A stretch of 64,000 bases of DNA from Azolla caroliniana (lineage: Eukaryota; Plantae; Polypodiophyta), in assembly GCA_043228905.1 (NCBI GenBank), contig JBHGNT010000001.1, forward strand, positions 15,066,001 to 15,130,000, given 5' to 3'. The position numbers and the translations under genes are program-made. Below are positions 11,468-24,640 of this stretch, one piece after another. Under the pieces are notes generated by a model. It was not told the origin of the DNA. It worked only from the letters and a program-made list of their open reading frames with translations, and did not search any database. Position 1 is the stretch's first letter; the number at the start of each line of letters is the position of its first letter.

Positions 11468-14400
11468 TGTAAAAACAAATACCGTGCGGAAGCAATAAAT
11501 AACAGAAAACTGAGAACGGGTTTAATGGAGAGCTTAACAGTACGCGGGAGAGACAGAGAACAAGAATCTCTATTCAAAAATTATATCAACGCTCTGTACA
11601 TCGTATGTGTTCAGCCAACACTTTTATACAGGTCCATACGGACTGACAAAAGTACGGTGTACTTCAATGCTCACTCGAGCGGCTGACACTAACTACGAGA
11701 GTAATAACTCCCTAGCAGTCTAATTGCTACTAGGCTTCCGGTTATTGATGGATCCGGCTAACCGGCTCCCCAGCTCACCGGCTCTTTTGCTCACCGAGTG
11801 CTCACCGGCTCACCGATCCGTCTCGCTCACCGGCTCCGGCTTATCCAACCAATCCGGCTCCAATTGAGCTTGCCGCTCAACACTACCCCTGAAGCTCAAC
11901 TTGAGGTCCGGTCGTAGTGTCAACATCTGTGGCAACCAGTCCTTTTGCCCGGCTCCTTTTGGCGTCACTCTGCCTTGCTCGCGCTCCTCGTCTGATCCGG
12001 TTCTATTTGCCACGACCCCTCTTGTTCTGTGCACCTCGACCTCCTCGGTCGACTTGTTTGCTCAACAGGCCCAATTCAGCTCCCTCGCTGCTGTGACTTC
12101 GGCGCGTGCTGGTTCGCCGATTCCTTCGTGTTGGCGTCGATTTTCGCTGCCTTCTCATCCTCTTGGCCTTGAATTGATCCGATTCTTCCGAATCTCTTGT
12201 TGAACCGAATCGATTGTGTCCGATTCGTTCCAGCTCTTGTCCGAATCGGTTGCTCCTGATTTGTCTTCTAGTTCTAGGTCCTTCACCACATCGAACCATG
12301 TCCGGGTCTTGGCCTTCTTCTTCTGGTCGACTCTGTCCTTCTTGACTCTACCGCCGCTGCCGCTTGTTCCGACTTGTTCGGACGTGTTGACTTCCTTTGT
12401 CGACTCGGCTCCTTTCTTCTTCTTGACTCTCCCTTCGTCGATTCTTCCCTCACCTGCGCAATCGACAATCTCTTTGCCTTTGCCCGTTCCAGTGTCTTTG
12501 CCCACTCTCCCCCTCAAGTGTGGCACGTCGACATGCTGAACACCAAGCATTTTGGTGAAGTGCTGCAACTTGTCCGATTCGAGTGGTTTGGTGAAGATGT
12601 CGGCAAATTGCCGATCCGTGTGAACATACCGAAATTCAACCTCACCGCTCAGGACACGCTCACACATGAAGTGATAGTGCACTTCTATGTGCTTTGTGCG
12701 AGCATGGAATACAGGGTTCTTGACGAGCTGCATGATGCTTATGTTGTCGCAGTAGATAAGAATCAGGGTCGGTACCTCGATCCATAGGTCTTGCAGCAGT
12801 CGCCGAAGCCAAATGGCTTCACAAGTGGCAATGGTAGCGCCCCGATACTCAGCCTCAGTGCTCGACAGAGCAACTGTTGGCTGCTTTTTGCTACTCCACG
12901 AAACAACTGCGCTACCTAGGGAAAACATGTAACCGAAGGTTGATCAGCGATCTGATGCATTGCCGGCCCAGTCGGCATCTGTGTAACCGACCAGCTCTTC
13001 GGTTATACCGCGCTGGTATAACAGACCCCAGTCCTTCGTGCTGCTCACATATCACAGTATTCGGTGCGCGCACTCAAGATGCTCCACGGTGGGCTTCTGC
13101 ATGAATTGGCTAATCACACTGACCGGATAGCTGATCTTGGGTCGGGTGATGGTCAAATATATAAGGCTTCCGACAATTTGTCGGAACTGTTTCTCATCGT
13201 AGGCCAGTCCGGAGTCAGGATGGAGCTTCTGGTTCTGGTCCAGGCAGGGGAGTAGAGATAGGTTGGCCTTCCATCATGCCGAACTTGTACAACATATTCA
13301 ACACATAGTGCCTTTGTGAGAGCAATATGTCGTCGGGGGTTCAGATCACCTCGATCCCAAGAAAATAATGAAGGTCCCCCAGGTCCTTCATCTCAAACGC
13401 ATCTGACAACTGGGACTTGACTCAGCTAATTTCGTCGAGTCCGGGTCCAGTGATGACCAGATCATCAACGTACAACAAGATGCAAACTAGACCGTCCGAA
13501 CCTTGCTGGATGAACAACGAAGAGTCGGACATGGAGGCCACAAACCCCATCTTATGCACCCGGTGCCTGATCTTCGCATTCTAAGCTCGAGGGGCTTGCT
13601 TTAGGCCATAAAGTGACTTCTTCAGCCGGCATACCGCCGACTTGTTCATATCCGTCTGGAAACCGGGGGGTTGTATCATAAAGGCCTCTTCTTCAAGATC
13701 TCCTTGAAGAAATTCATTCTTCACATCCATCTGGTGAAGATGCCATCCCCTTGCCGCTACAACCGCTAGCACCACACGAAACGTAGTCATCTTCGCTACC
13801 GGAGCGAAGGTCTCATCGTACTCGATTCTGTGAGTCTATGCGTATCCCTTTGCCACTAACCGGGCCTTGTACCGGTTAACTGAACTGTCGGCGTTGTACC
13901 TTACCATGTACACCCACTTGCATCCGATCAGTTTACTGTGACGTGGAGGGTCAACCAGGTCCCATGTATCGTTGGCATCAAGTGCCTGCATTTCTTCTTC
14001 CATAGCGGCACGCCAATGTGCATCCTTTGCCGCTTCTGTGTAGCTCTCCGGCTCACACACTTCCGCCACCTTGGTCATGTACGCATATTGATGCGCCATG
14101 TACTCATTGTACTTGTACCGCTTAATAGGTTCCTTCTGGCGGGTTGACCGGCGTAACCCACCGTTACCCGGTTTGAGGCCCTTCTTGGCCGGTTCGGTCT
14201 TCGGTGCCGAAGAACCGTCATTTTCCTTTCCAGAGTCGGATCCACTCTGATCCGACTCATCAATACCGGTTCCATAATCTGGCATCTTCTTCTTCCCCTT
14301 CTCTTTGCGCATGAACTGTCTCCTCGGTTCCTTGCGCGGGGAGAGCATGGCAGAGTCTTCACTACTCGCTAGTTCTTCTTTTGACTAGTCAGATTGACCT

Positions 14401-17331
14401 AGTCTCTCGTTCGGCCCACTCAACCGAAACGATTCCGGACTCTCTTCTTGAGTCCCGGATTCATCATCTTCTAACTAGACCGGTTCAGGCTCACTAGCCT
14501 CATCCTCCGGTATCGGGTCGGGGTCAGAAGTCGGAGCTGGTAAGGCATACCATGATGCCATCTCATCAAACTCAACATTGCGGCTAACTCGGATCTGCTT
14601 CGTCCAGGGGTTATAACACTTATACCCCTTTTGCTCATGTGAGTAGCTGACGAGGATGCACTTCTCAGATTTTGCATCCAACTTCCTCCGCTTCTCATCC
14701 AGCATATGCACGTATGTTATGCTGTTGAAAATCTGAAGGTGTCTCAAATTCGGCTTGCGCCCAAAATACAGCTCATGCACAGACATCTTGTCACCGATCC
14801 CGTTTTGGATGTAGATGGCCGTCCGGACCGCCTCCGCCCAGTAGAAATGGGGCATGCTCTTCTCTTCCAGCATTGCCCTTGCCACGTCGACAAGCAACCG
14901 GTTCTTCCTTTCGGCCACATCGTTTTGCTCTGGTGTGTATCTGCAGTTGAACTCTCTCCGAATTCCTGTTTGCTGCAGATACCTGTTGAATTGGTCGGAA
15001 AAGTATTTTTTTCCGCCATCTGACCGCAAGCACTTGATCTTCCTCTCTGATTCCCGTTCCACCATGCTTTGGAGTTTTCGGAAACAGTCCAAGACTTCGC
15101 TCTTCCCCTCAATGAGGTAGATCCATGTGTGTCGGCTGTAGTCGTCGATGAAGGAGACGAAGTATCGACTCCCTCCAAGACTTGTGTTCCGAATGAATAA
15201 GGTCAAGCTTGTTACAACTACGGTTTTGTTCGGCGGGGAATGGAAGCCGGTGTTGCTTCCTGAGTTGGCAAGCTTCACATACTTGGGCCTTCCGACCACT
15301 AAACTTCGGCAAACCGAAAACAACTTGTTTCGTTTGCAAGTCTTGAAGGTGCCGGTAATTGACGTGGTCGATCCGCTTGTGCCACAGGTCAATGTCTAAT
15401 TTGACCTTCTATCCTTTGGTGAACAAGGCAGTGCCGACGTCATTAGTGTCGAGGATGAACATCCTCCCATCTCTGTGCCCTTGTGCGATAATCTGGCCCT
15501 CCTCCTCGATGAAGCACCCGAGGTGCGTAAACCGCACCTGCATTCCTTGGTCGACGATCTATCTGACCGACACCAGGTTCTTCGTGATAGTCGGAACGTG
15601 TAATACGTTCATTAGCTTCCCCCTCTGTCCGACGTGGCTCAGGGGAACTTCTCCGACATGCACGATTAGGTGAGGAGTGTCGTCTCCTGTTTCGACAACT
15701 CCCGGTTGTTCCGGTTTCTCAAAGAAGGATAACTACTCTTTGTGGCTCGTCATGTGATTTGACACACCGGAATCAATGTACCACACTTCCTCCGATTTGG
15801 AAATGGTCTTCTTCATCGAGTTTGCCTCGTGCTTCATCACCAAGGTTGGCCCTTGACCAGTCTTCCCGGTTCCAGATCCTCTCGATCCTTGTGCGTAGTG
15901 CGAGCTTTGCTGGTTCTCCCGACCGGTTTTGCCGAATCCAAATCTGTCCGAATCGGCGCGCTTCTTCCAACACTTGCTTCTCGGTGGCTCTTTTTGCCAC
16001 AGTACCAACATTCCGTGGCGGATTTGTCTTGCTAGCCTCCGGCGCCACCTTGACTCCCCCTGCTTGTGGAAGTCCCGGAACTGCTCTCGGCATGGTCTCT
16101 ATGCCGTCAGTCTTGCCCTTGCCGGCCGCCTCCATTGCGTGCCGACCTACCTCGTCCACCACGCCAACGGGGCTGATCCGCCTCCGTGTACAACATCCGG
16201 ATGTCGGTGGGTGCACTTGTTGACGCACCAGCGTGGTTCTCCTTTACAAGGAGCATCAACTGTAAGTCGAAAAATGACGGCGTATTCTCCCTCGTACATA
16301 TTGCTGTCCGGAAAGCTCAGAACTTAGACGCCAGGCCCCCAACACAAACCTGTACCATCTCGTCTTCCTCTACAGTGACGTTGATAGAGGCAAGCGAGTC
16401 ACAGATCTCTTTGATTCGGGTCTTGTAATCAGCCACTGACATGTCCTTCTGTCGGACATTGCTCAACTCTTGTCAGAGTTGCAGATTCCGGGCTGTGGTG
16501 CTTACGGCGAACACCTTCTTCAAGTTTCCTCAAGCCTCTTTCGGCGTCCCGGCATCTCGGACATGGCTTAGCAGCTGGTCTCCGACACTGGACGCAAAGC
16601 AGTACATCACTCTGTTTGCCAATTGTTCCCACACCGGGAAGTCCTTGTGTGCCGCATCAGGTGTTGTGTCGTTAGCTCCGTTGACATAGCTCCAGTAACC
16701 ATGCCCAAGCAGGTACTAGTGCATCTCGTATGACCAAGATGCGTGGTTGGATCTGTCGAGCTTCTCCACCAGAAGCGAGCTAGTCATTCCTCTATCCATT
16801 GTTTTTTTTTTTCTTCTGTTCTTTACAAAGGTTAGGTTTTCTTCTTGCAAAAGCGAATGTTGGCTGCAGAGGTTCTCAACCCTCGCGCTCTGATACCATG
16901 TAAAAACAAATAGCGTGCGGAAGCAATAGAAAACAGAAAACAGAGAACAGGTTTAATGGAGAGCTTAACAGTACGCGGGAGAGACACACAGAGAGAGAGA
17001 GAGAGAGAACAAGAATCTCTATTAAATAATTATATCAATGCTCTGTACATCGTATGTGTTCAGCCAACACTTTTATACAGGTCCATACTGACTAATAGAA
17101 GTACGGTGCACTTCAATGCTCACTCGAGCGTCTGACACTAACTACAAGAGTAATAAATCCCTAGCAGTCTTGCTGCTACTAGGCTTCTGGTTACTGATGG
17201 ATCCGGCTAACCAGCTCCCTAGCTCACCAGCTCTTTTGCTCACCGGGTGCTCACAGGCTAACCGATCCGTCTTGCTCACTAGCTCAGGCTTATCCAGCTG
17301 ATCCGGCTCCAATTGAGCTTGCCGCTCAACA
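11468..17331 (-). mobile_element. full-length decayed Ty1/copia element
   Basis: LTRs 11468..11882 and 16899..17331 (TG..CA); 5-bp TSD AAATT at 11463..11467 and 17332..17336; gag, PR (WYIDSG), IN, RT (QMDVK, YVDD), RH (YCDN, HARTKHIE). Confidence 0.96.
16885..16898 (-). promoter_or_regulatory. primer-binding site, initiator tRNA-Met
   Basis: TGGTATCAGAGC on the minus strand directly inside the 5' LTR. Confidence 0.9.
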
Positions 17332-18876
17332 AAATTATATTCGTGGGATTCACAAAATAAACTAACCTCGTGGAATTCACGAGGTTTCTATATCTCTCTC
17401 TTTCAATTTAAATTCATATTCTTATCTAAATATTGATTAATAAAATACATTATACTTGTGGGATTCACAAGTTTCTATCTCTCTTTCTTATAATCTACTC
17501 ATAACTAGATCTCCTCAAATTCTTCCTCCTCCTAGTCCAAAACCCCAGCGGTTCCCACTCGACTTACGCAATGATCCGGCGCCGAATGGCACGAGAGCAT
17601 CATGTTCGGAAACAAGAACTTCATGAACCGAGTTTTAGTATTTCAAAAAATCGTGAGGGTCCAGTATCAAGATGGCTCCACTATGGCGGAGCACATCAAT
17701 GCCTTCCAAGGATTGATGAACCAAACCACCTCTCTAGAAGTAGCTCTGGCCGATGAGGTATTAGCAATACTATTGTTGGGATCCCTTTTGGACAACTGGG
17801 AGACGCTTGTTGTCACATTGGGCAACGCCGAACCGGAGGGAAGCATCTATCCCTAGAGCAGGGGAAGTCGAGCTTGTTGAATGAAGAATCTCGTCGGAAG
17901 TACCGTGAGTCGAATACCGACTAGAAGGCCTTAGTCATGGAAGGTGACACGATTCGGAGAAGAGGCCGAGATAAGTCAGGGACCAGGTCGAAGTCGACGG
18001 GGAGACCCACGGGCTTCTATTGTGGGAAGTCGAGGCAGTTCCAGAAAAACTGTTGACACTTTCGAAAGGAGAAAGGGGGAGCTGATGGTGTAGAGCCGAA
18101 GAAAATCCCGGATAGAAAGAACACCTCAGAAAACGCTGCGAGTGAGGAGGAGTTGTTGCTCATCAGTGAGCCAAACGAAGTGAATCTTGCCGGCGAAGAA
18201 TTGACATGGGTGGTCGATTCAAGTGTGTCATTCCACCCAGCCCCTAACCGAAAGTTCTGCTCAACCTAGAGAGCCAGAGATCTCGGATCCGTAAAGATGG
18301 GAAAAGAAGGAGCATATTGAATCCTCGGAATTGGAGATGTGTGTTTGGAAACCTCAACCAGCTGCAAACTCATGTTGAGAGTTGTACGACATGTTCCAGA
18401 GGTTGGATTGAACCTAATATCAGCCGGTCGGCTAGATGATGAAGGCTACACGGATAGCATCCGAAACGGTGTCTTGAAGTTCTGCCGAGGAAGCCTGATT
18501 GTGGCTCGAGGCCAGAAAACCAACACGTTGTACATAATGAATGCTCAAATATGCCAAGGGGAAGCAAACGTGGCACCAGCATGGTCGGTGAATTGTGGCA
18601 CAAGAGGTTGTGCCATATGAGCCAAACAGGGATGTGAAAGCTTGCCGAGGACAACCTCGTTCATGAGGTGAAGAACGTGCAACTTGAGAAGTTCACGGAT
18701 TGCTTGGCCGGTAAGTAGAACCGAACATTCTTCCGAACAAGGCCCTTGATGAGGAAGAAAGTGCCGTTGGAACTCGTGTGTACGGACGTATGCTATGTGG
18801 ACACAAAGTCACATGGCGGTTCACAATATTTCGTGACCTTCATTGATGACTGTAACCGGAATTTGTGGCCTTCCGT

Positions 18877-20006
18877 TGTCGTGAAGTACGAAAGATTCAC
18901 ATTAAAAGTCTACAAAAAGATAAATACGTAAATAAAATATATCCTGATAATGTTTTATAAAGGTAATATTAAAAACACACTATGATAATATTATACATTA
19001 TATGTAGAGGCAGATAAAAATATGTATATGTTATATTACATGAACAAGAGAGGACTTGAGCCAATAAACCCCGCCTTATGACACTCAAACCTTACCATTT
19101 AGCCTATACTAATAATTTACAAGAGATCATATGCATTGTTTTATTAGAAGTAGTATTTTATAGTCTAAACCATGTAATGTACTACATGCACATCATATAG
19201 CATATGGCATGGGCAAAAGAGGACTTGAACCAACAACCCTAACCTTATGGTATTCAAATCTTACCATTTAGCCTATACTTGTGACGTGGAGTATTGTATG
19301 GTTTAAACCATGAAATGTACTACATGTGCACCATATAGCACACATGCAAGAGCCTCTCTGCATGTGCACCATATAGCACACATGCTAGAGCCTCTTTGCA
19401 TGTGCGCCACATGGCCCACATGAACCATCTCTTCCCTATAAAAGGAGAAGGGAGTATGGTCACAAGGGATATCGAAGGAATCTAAATCGAAGAACTATAT
19501 TGTATGATATATCAATCAAATAAAATAGAATTATATTACATAAGAGATATCATAAGATACAAAGAGGAAGACAAGAAGGAAGACAATAAAAGAAAATAAC
19601 TAGCTTGGCGGTCGTGGTGCTCAACTCACAACAAAAGGGCGTCGAGGCTCGAGTCTTACCCTCATCGAAAGCTAGAAGGGAAGACTATGGTCTACTATTA
19701 AGAAAGAGGAAGGTGGTTACCTTGTGAGACAAGAATTGCAGGTTCAACGACGGTTGCAACCATTTTGTAACTCTTTCATGAAAATGATTATAAATTTCAT
19801 ATATTTTCTCAAATATTATTTTATATCTTATCTTGTCATATCTTATATTCCTTAACAATCATATCTTGTCATATCTTATTGATCTTTATTTACTCTATCT
19901 CTACTCTTTCGTCTCTTCCGTCCATAATCCCAATGATTCCTTCCTCACTTTCACGATATCTTCTGTCGACACAACGCTACACTTCTAGGCGAGCCACGCC
20001 ACGACA
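18877..20006 (+). repeat. solo LTR, TGTCGT..ACGACA type
   Basis: Termini TGTCGTG and CACGACA; perfect 4-bp TSD CCGT (18873..18876, 20007..20010); TATA near 19436. Confidence 0.9.
19044..19280 (-). promoter_or_regulatory. two tandem tRNA-like (A-box/B-box) cassettes inside the LTR
   Basis: Minus strand TAGGCTAAATGGTAAG...CATAA...GGTTCAAGTCC (19211..19280) and a more decayed copy (19044..19110). Confidence 0.6.
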
Positions 20007-23000
20007 CCGTGCTGAAGACGAAGGATCTAGTGTTATCCGTCTTCATAGAGTTCCAAGCGAGGGTTGTTAGCAGGACAGGATCGGCATCGGATAAGTGTGG
20101 AAGCGTCAAAGTCGACAAGGTTCGGAAAGTACAGGGTCAGAGTTGAATCGACTACGCGGATCGATGAGTCAGCAGTTTTGTCGACTAAATAAAAATTACG
20201 AATATTAATTACGGTTAGTTACAGTTTTTAGTTCTTGTCGATAAGGCAAATTGTAATTCTTGATAGAACGAGTTATCGGGTTACCTACAAAAAGGAACCC
20301 AAGGAAATGTAACACTATCGTCAGTTTTAGTGTGAATGTTAATGTGTGGAAGCGTCAAATAGAACCGGCTCAGCCGGATAGCAACAGAAAATGAGATGAA
20401 GGTTTAATGGAAAAGCTTCAAACAAAAAGGAGACAAAGAGAGCAGAACATAAAACTATATTAAAAAATTAACTCTAAAACTTTGTGGATACAATGTGCTA
20501 AACAACACTATTTATAAAAGTCCATAAAGGACTGTCAGAAGTACTGACAGGTACTTCAATGCTCACAAGTGCGATTGACACTAACTACGAGACAATGATT
20601 ACCTAGTAGTCTAGACTACTACTAGGCTTCCGGTTCCCGCTCAAATCCGCCTCTCCGATCCGGCTCCCCGATCTGGCCGGTTGATTCCAGATACTGATCC
20701 GGCTTATTCTTCCGGATGCCGATCCAGCTCAGGCTTATTCAATCGATCCGGATCCAATTGAGCTTGCTCACTCAACACTCCCCGTCAAGCTCAACTTGAG
20801 GTCGGATCGCGGTGTTAGTGTCCGCGGGAGCTGGTTCTTCTACCCGGCTCCTTCTGGCGTTGCTCCGCCTCGCTCGTGTTCGTCGTCCGGTCCGGTCTTG
20901 TTTGCCGTGACCCTTCTGGTTCTGCGCACCTCGACCTCCTCGGTCGGCTTGTCTGCTCAACAGGCCCATTTTAGCTCCCTTGCCGCTGCAACTCCGACGC
21001 TTGTCGACCCGTCGGTTCCTTCGTATTGGCGTCGACTTCTGCTGCGTCTATGTCCGCTTGGCCTTTAGTTGATCTGGCTTCCCCGAATCTTGAACCGAAT
21101 CGGTTGCCGTCGATTTGTTTTAGCTCTTTTCCGAGTCAGTGTTCTCCAACTCGTCTTCTGATTTCAGGCCCTTCCCCACACCGAACCACGTCCGGGTCTT
21201 GGCCGTTTTCTTCCTGTTGGCTCTATCCTTCTTGACTCTACCGCCGCTGCCACTTGTTCCGACCTTTTCGGATGTGCTGACTCCATCGGTTAGCTCGGCT
21301 TCCTTTTTCCTCTTGTCTCCCCCTTTGTTGGTTCTTTCTTCCTCTCTGGCTCCTTGTCCGGTGCCATCCACTCCCTTTCCTTTTCTCCCCCTCAAGTGCG
21401 GCACGTCGAGATGCTGAACACCAAACATTTCGGTGAAGTGTTGCAACTTGTCCGATCCGAGCGGTTTGGTGAAGATATCGGCAATTTGCCGATCCATCTG
21501 AACATACCAAATTTCTACTTCACCGCTCAAAACCCGCTCACGCACAAAGGGATAGTGGACTTCTATGTGCTTCGTCCCAACATGGAACACGGGGTTCTTG
21601 GCAAGCTGAATTTTGTTCATGTTGTGACAATAGAGCAGGATCGGGGTCGGCACCTCAAACCATAGGTCTTGCAGTAGTCGCCAAAGCTAGATGGCTTCAT
21701 AGGTGGCATTTGCAGCACCCTGGTATTCAGCCTCAGTGGTAGATAGAGCCACTGTTGGCTGTTTTTTGCTACTCCACGCAACAGTCGTGCTACCCATAGT
21801 AAACATGTAACCGGAGGTGGATCAGTGATCCGATGCATCATCGACCTAGTCGGCATCTGTGCGCACTCAAGGTGCTCAACAGTCAACTTGTGCATGAACT
21901 AGCTGATCACTCCGACCGGGTAACTGCGGTCGGGTCGGGTGATCGTCAATTATATTAGGCTTCCGACGATTTGTCGGAACCGTTGCTCATCGCAGGCCGG
22001 TCCAGAGTTGGGACAGAGCTTCTGGTTCCGGTCCAGAGGTGCAGTGACAGGTTGGCACTCCGTCATACAGAACTTGTACAACATATTCAACACATAGTGT
22101 CATTGTGAGAGCAATATGTTGTCAGGGGTTCGGATCACCTCGATCCCAAGAAAATAACGAAGGTCCCCTAGGTCCTTCATTTCAAATGCATCCGACAACT
22201 GGGACTTTACTTAGCCGATTTCATTGAGTTCGGGTCTGGTGATGACTAAATCATCAACATAAAGTAGGATGCAAACTGAACCGTCCAGACCTTGCCGGAT
22301 GAACAACAACGAGTCGGATTTAGAGGTCACAAACCCCATCTTACGCAACCAGTGTGTGATCTTCGCATTCCAAGGTCGGGGGGCTTGTTTCAAACCGTAA
22401 GGCAACTTCTTGAGCTGGCACACCGCCGACTTGTTCACCTCCAACTGAAAACCGAGAGGTTGGATCATATAGACCTGTTCTTCAAGGTCACCTTGAAGAA
22501 ACACATTCTTCATGTCCATCTGGTGAAGATGCCACCCCCTTGCCATAGCAACCAGTACCACATGAACCATCGTCATCTTTGCTACCGGGGAGAAGGTCTC
22601 GTCATAATCGATTCCCTAGGTCTATGTGTATCCCTTCGCCACTAACCAGGCCTTGTACCGGTTAACCGAACCTTCGGCACTGTACTTTACCTTGTACACC
22701 CATTTGCAACCGATCAGTTTACAATGTCGGGAGGGTCAACGAGGGCCCATGTGTCGTTGGCATCTAGTGCCCGCATTTATTCCTGCATAGCGGCACGCCA
22801 ATTTGCGTCCTTTGCCGTTTCTGCGTAGCTCTCCAGCTCACGTTGTCATGAAGATCCGTCACTAAGCACGGATCATGAGGCGGAACCGCCAGGGTTCTGG
22901 ACCGGAAGGACTTGAAGTTGGCGCAAGCTTTATCGAGAAAGTACTTAAGCTAGATTGAAAGAGAGAAAGAGAGAGAGAGAGCTTGAGATAGAATAGAACG

Positions 23001-23323
23001 CTTGACTTTAGACTGAGAGAGATTAAGATTGAACTCTTGATTTTAGATTTTAAGAAACAAGTTACACGATCAATTCGATAACGAATTCTCTTCTTCTTAA
23101 TTTCATAACCAAAAAAAGCCTAACCCTTCTTCTTTTTCATCCCTTCTTTTATAGATGTTGTCATGCATATGATGCATGTGAGGGTACAAGACATGCATAA
23201 AATGCATGTTTGCCATTTGGTGCTCATGTATTATATCTGGTGCATGATAACCATGTAACTCATTTTAGCTCTCATGTATGAGAATTTCCAAAAAGTATAA
23301 TGATAGAAATATAAATTTAACTG

Positions 23324-23395
23324 AATGTCATGGCTTAGTGGTAAGCCTATTGACTCTTAACTAGGAGGTGCAAGGTTCGAATCCTCACTTGCTCT
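23324..23395 (+). pseudogene. tRNA-Lys(CTT)-like cassette embedded in an LTR
   Basis: A box TGGCTTAGTGG 23331..23341; anticodon-like loop GACTCTTAA; perfect B box GGTTCGAATCC 23374..23384; acceptor stem not pairable. Confidence 0.7.
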
Positions 23396-23888
23396 CCTTA
23401 TGTATATATATGTGATATTTATTTATTAATTTGGTCGCCAGATGCCGAATGACACCGGTTTCCCGGATGCCGGTCGTCGAATGCAGCCGTTGCCGCTTAC
23501 TAGAGGTTGCCGCCTCGCCGGATGCCTCGCCCTGCCGGTTGTCGTCGCCAGACCGGCGTCGGATGCCGCCGGATGCCGGTGCGCCCCCGGATGTCGGTTC
23601 CACCGGCTCGCCGACTTTGTCGAATCACCAGCTCCATCGCCGGTCCGGTTTTGGTTGGCTAAAACCTTTACAAGTAGCTAGGCCACCTCGACTCTTAGTT
23701 CAAGTTACCTTGAACTCTCTATGCTCCACACATAGACACAAAGATAATAACTTTTGCTCTACCTTATATATGATGAGAGCCGTATTTGTCGTGCCTATGT
23801 GGGATATCTCACAATTTTCTCTTTTCCTTTCACAAACTTTATACCCTCATATCTTGACATCTAGTTGTCCATTTCTCGTGTAATAAAG

Positions 23889-24640
23889 TGTTGGGAGACA
23901 AGTCCCTCCGGATGGGAAGGGAGAAGAACAGTGCCGACGAACAATCTCGGCCGAGGCTGAAACAGGAAGAGAAGTACCCGGCTACGGAGAGCCGGATGGT
24001 GCAGACCCGGTGTGAACCGGATGAGGAGTACCCGGCTACGGAGAGCCAGATGGTGCAGACCCGGTGTGAACCGGATGAGTACCCGGCTACGGAGAGCCGG
24101 ATGGTGCAGACCTGGTGTGAACCGGATGAGGAACACCCGGCTACGGAGAGCCGGATGACGCAGACCCGGTGAGAACCGGAGGAAGAGACATATCCGTAAA
24201 TATGTTTCTGAGAGCCCATCGTGGCTATATTTGTAAATAGCCGAAAAGTCATATTAGTATAAATATGACTTAGGGCAAACATGTGTATAGTGTTGTTATT
24301 TTTCTTGTTGGTGCAAGAAGAAGAGAGAACACGTAACAGTGTACAGAGAGAGAGAGAAAGAAAGAGGTCGCTGCCTCTGTTGTAACCGCCGCCTATGGCG
24401 AAGATCGTGAGTACGAGGTCGTTGCCTCCGTGAACTCACTGTTTTGTACATTCCAACATAGTGATAGTTTGCAGCCTGTGGGCTGCCGTGGTTTTTTCCC
24501 TCTTTGGGTTTTTCCACGTAAACATTCTGTGTACCTTTTCTCTCCTTTGTGTTGCGTACATTTGTTCCCGTTTTTCTGTGTATCATTCTAAGCTCGGTTG
24601 CGGCCGAGCGTAGCGCATAAGGAGCGTTGAGTTCCCGTCA
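23889..24640 (+). repeat. solo copia (Tnt1-like) LTR nested inside a solo LTR
   Basis: TGTTGGGA..TCCCGTCA; TSD TAAAG at 23884..23888 and 24641..24645; related to LTR 31673..32182. Confidence 0.9.
23973..24186 (+). repeat. four tandem 51-54 bp units in LTR U3
   Basis: Unit GTACCCGGCTACGGAGAGCCGGATGGTGCAGACCCGGTGTGAACCGGATGAGGA. Confidence 0.92.

Larger units (their letters stand above)
10948..17596 (+). repeat. 3' LTR split by a copia insertion (10948..11467 + 17337..17596)
   Basis: Both halves are colinear with the solo LTR at 36222..37086. Confidence 0.85.
17597..20110 (+). mobile_element. copia (Tnt1/Tork-like) gag-PR-IN fragment interrupted by a solo LTR
   Basis: UBN2-type gag (LLLGSL..WETLV), WVVDS, NLISAGRLD, LELVCTDV and YFVTFIDD; resumes LKTKD after 20010. 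Confidence 0.88.

Noticed and set aside
23324-23395. Functional tRNA-Lys gene
   Set aside because: The acceptor and anticodon stems do not pair properly and the sequence is part of a repeated LTR; it is kept only as a tRNA-like cassette.
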